Positions 61,271 through 64,000 of a DNA stretch of 64,000 nt are shown piece after piece. The position numbers and the translations under genes are program-made. This DNA comes from Macrostomum hystrix (lineage: Eukaryota > Animalia > Platyhelminthes), in NCBI GenBank assembly GCA_950097015.1, contig CATNEN010000007.1, positions 1,364,001 through 1,428,000 on the forward strand. Direction: 5' to 3'. The notes under the pieces are model-generated. The model searched no databases. It worked only from the letters and a program-made list of their open reading frames with translations, and was not told the origin of the DNA. Position 1 is the stretch's first letter; every line of letters starts with the position of its first letter.

Positions 61271-61918
61271 TCGATATCGACTGCCTCTCTAAAAACATAT
61301 TTGTTGAAATTAGTAAAATATTCTACTTTTGTTTTCCAGCCCGCCAGCCAGTTCGGCGATGTGGACCTCGGAGGGAAAGTACGTAGTGTCAACGAGCATC
61401 CAGTCTGGTAGATCAGTCACTGACTGGCTGACTGCTGACTGACTGCTGCTGCAGCATCATAGAAGCAACTATGATGCTTCTCTAGAAATCATCATAGTTG
61501 CTTTGTTTCACGTGTTAACACTTGGCAGCCGAATATTCGTCATCGACAATGACATCGAGCCGGTGCGCCAGCGGGAGTGCTTTAGTAAAATTGTTTGAAA
61601 CCCGTTAAACATTATCAATTCTATGAGTAAGCAGCATCACCTTATCAATTCTATGAGAAAGCAGCATAATTATATATAATTATATTATATAATTAAGCCG
61701 GGTTAATCTCAATGTGTTTGATGTGTTTGTCTCCTATTTTCATTATTTTGCCTTTTCATACTCAGATAGAAATTCATGGCATAGACTCAGATCTCATTGG
61801 CCTAGATAGGATAGACTCAGGTGCTATAGAGACTCAGATTCCATAGCCTGTGCTCACAAAATATATTTTAAAAACATATTTGTTGAAATTAGTAAAATAT
61901 TCTACTTTTGTTTTCCAG

Positions 61919-62700
61919 TCAGTCAGGCGACAAAGGAAACTTAGGGTTGTACCAATCTAGTGAATTTAGGGCCGCATACAGTGTGCGAGCTCCCGAAGAA
62001 GCGGTTGTCCATTCGCCAGCTGATTCAAGCTGAGCTCTATGACGCCATCATGGGCTCAAACACCAGCAGCACCAGCTATGAGGTCCTGTCACTCGGCTGC
62101 GGCCCAGGCAGCGACCTTCTTGCCGCCATGGACGTGTTCCAGCTGGTGGCCAAGTCAGAGGGTCTGGGACCACTTCAGATGGGCGTCACCGGTGTCGACA
62201 TGTTTGATTGGCTGCTCTAGCCATTCCATGAGGCAGCCGCAGCGTTAGCTCTGCAGGGGCTAATCAGCAGCTTCCCGGAGCAGTTTCACCTGGGCCACAG
62301 TCAGGGACAACTAAAACCCAAAGAAAAGTCTATAAGTCATGTCAGGTGCGCATCCGTTAACTTAATTTAATCTTGGTTTGTAGTTTGTATTTTATATACT
62401 ATTGAAACGTTCGTTATAAATATGTTTGTTATAAATAAGTATATAAGGAATTGGCCAACGATGGAATGTCCCTGATTTTACTTCTCTGCTCTATTTATTT
62501 ATTATTTATTAATTTTAGTTATTTTAAAAATACTTAAATATATTTTTCATAATTTTCAATTTTTTATTACTAACTAGCAGACTACGGAGACTACGTGGGA
62601 CTACGGATGTTGCTACGACCTTATCCTGGTGAGCTATGCCGAGGTGCGGCTCTAAGACAAGTTTCGTCACCGACTGGCTGCCGCAGCTGCTAAAAGTGCA
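61919..62700 (+). pseudogene. Methyltransferase-like gene fragment, copy 2, disabled
   Basis: 2 bp deletion near 61977 (CATACAGTG vs CATACACAGTG) and TGG to TAG at 62218-62220 relative to copy 1. Confidence 0.7.
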
Positions 62701-62878
62701 ATAATTTGTGTTGTCATTTTTGCTATTAACGCTGTTGTTGATTATCTGCTGCTGGTGCTAGACGCAGATCTTAGGAAAATTGTTTGAAACCCTTATCAAT
62801 TTTATGAGTAAGCAGCATCACCTTATCAATTCTGTTAGTAAGCAGCCTCGCTTATCCTCTGTTTATTTGTTTATTAGG

Positions 62879-63030
62879 CTCTAACCTGTTTATTAAGCTC
62901 TAACCTGTTTATTAAGCTCTAACCTGTTTATTAAGCTCTAACCTGTTTATTAAGCTCTAACCTGTTTATTAAGCTCTAACCTGTTTATTAAGCTCTAACC
63001 TGTTTATTAAGCTCTAACCTGTTTATTAAG
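62879..63030. repeat. 19 bp minisatellite CTCTAACCTGTTTATTAAG x8
   Basis: Eight perfect units; single unit at the paralogous site 31537-31555. Confidence 0.97.
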
Positions 63031-63532
63031 TTCATTGAGTCGTTTATTCCTTCGTGTGAATCATCCCTTGTGTGGTTTGAGTCTGCGTTATTAGTAAACC
63101 AGCTATTACTTGCATGAGCGAAAACCCAGAGTCACTTGAGTTCAAATCTGAGGCGAGCAAAAGACATTACGCTCACCAATTTTAATCCTTTTGGCCTTTC
63201 TATTATCAGCGTTCTTTATTTTATTCGGCATTCTGCCTGAGCTCAGTGGGCAAGCTTCTACCCTCAACTTCATCTATCCCGTAACTTTCATCCGCTATGA
63301 GCTTCTAACGGAAACAAGTGTAAAACATACCGACCCCGGTGATAGCCAAATAGGGCCTTAGCTTTAAAATCTCTTAATTTTTGTTATGCGTTTTAGAAAA
63401 TTAGCACTTTTATTCATCAAAAGCTAAAAGTTAGTTTTTTGAAGTGCGAATATCGTTATTTTTTTAAGTTTCGGATGCTGAATTTTTGACGGCACATCAG
63501 GGGCTATCCAATAACGGCATGCGCGATTCCGG

Positions 63533-64000
63533 ATATATACTGCTTATAGTTGACTATCTGAACTGTTGAAGTGGGGGTACATTTACGGATTCATCAGTGG
63601 TTACACTGAGTTGAATATGTACTGCTTATAGTTGACTATCTGAACTGTTGAAGTGGGGGTACATTTACGGATTCATCAGTGGTTACACTGAGTTGAATAT
63701 GTACTGCTTATAGTTGACTATCTGAACTGTTGAAGTGGGGGTACATTTACAGATTCATCAGTGGTTACACTGAGTTGAATATATACTGCTTATAGTTGAC
63801 TATCTGAACTGTTGAAGTGGGGGTACATTTACAGATTCATCAGTGGTTACACTGAGTTGAATATGTACTGCTTATAGTCGACTATCTGAACTGTTGAAGT
63901 GGGGGAACATTTACGGATTCATCAGTGGTTACACTGAGTTGAATATATAGTGCTTATAGTTGACTATCTGAACTGTTGAAGTGGGGGTACATTTACGGAT
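63533..64000. repeat. 82 bp satellite, second array, runs off the right edge
   Basis: Same monomer as 32082-35500. Confidence 0.97.

Overview
AT-rich eukaryotic (animal-like, probably invertebrate) genomic window with GC-rich exons, GT-AG introns and very dense minisatellites; all calls are by eye and motif recall, no database search was run. Left third: three recognisable host genes on the minus strand - a CERS1-like ceramide synthase (3 exons visible, runs off the left edge), a two-exon BCKDK (407 aa) and a three-exon CLIC-family gene (280 aa) - interspersed with MITEs that have intact target-site duplications (two hAT-type with 8 bp TSDs, a 9 bp-TSD long-TIR family) and a Merlin/IS1595-like transposase remnant. 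Right two thirds: a recent direct segmental duplication (21758-32055 versus 46331-63530, each followed by an 82 bp satellite) whose left edge coincides with a transposon-like terminus. Between the copies is a 10.3 kb segment carrying a spliced KDZ (Kyakuja-Dileera-Zisupton) transposase of about 790 aa, interrupted only by two single-base excesses in homopolymer runs. This segment shares both of its ends, in inverted orientation, with the adjacent 5.9 kb segment that encodes a 299 aa HMG-box-like protein. The best candidate for an undescribed system is this head-to-head pair of KDZ-associated modules (transposase module plus HMG-like module, shared 79 bp left end, shared ~1.6-1.85 kb right end with a 59 bp subterminal array, GGCGCCA termini). 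The duplication also gives before/after snapshots of a MITE insertion, a microhomology deletion, minisatellite birth and amplification of an AP-1/MARE-bearing 28 bp satellite.
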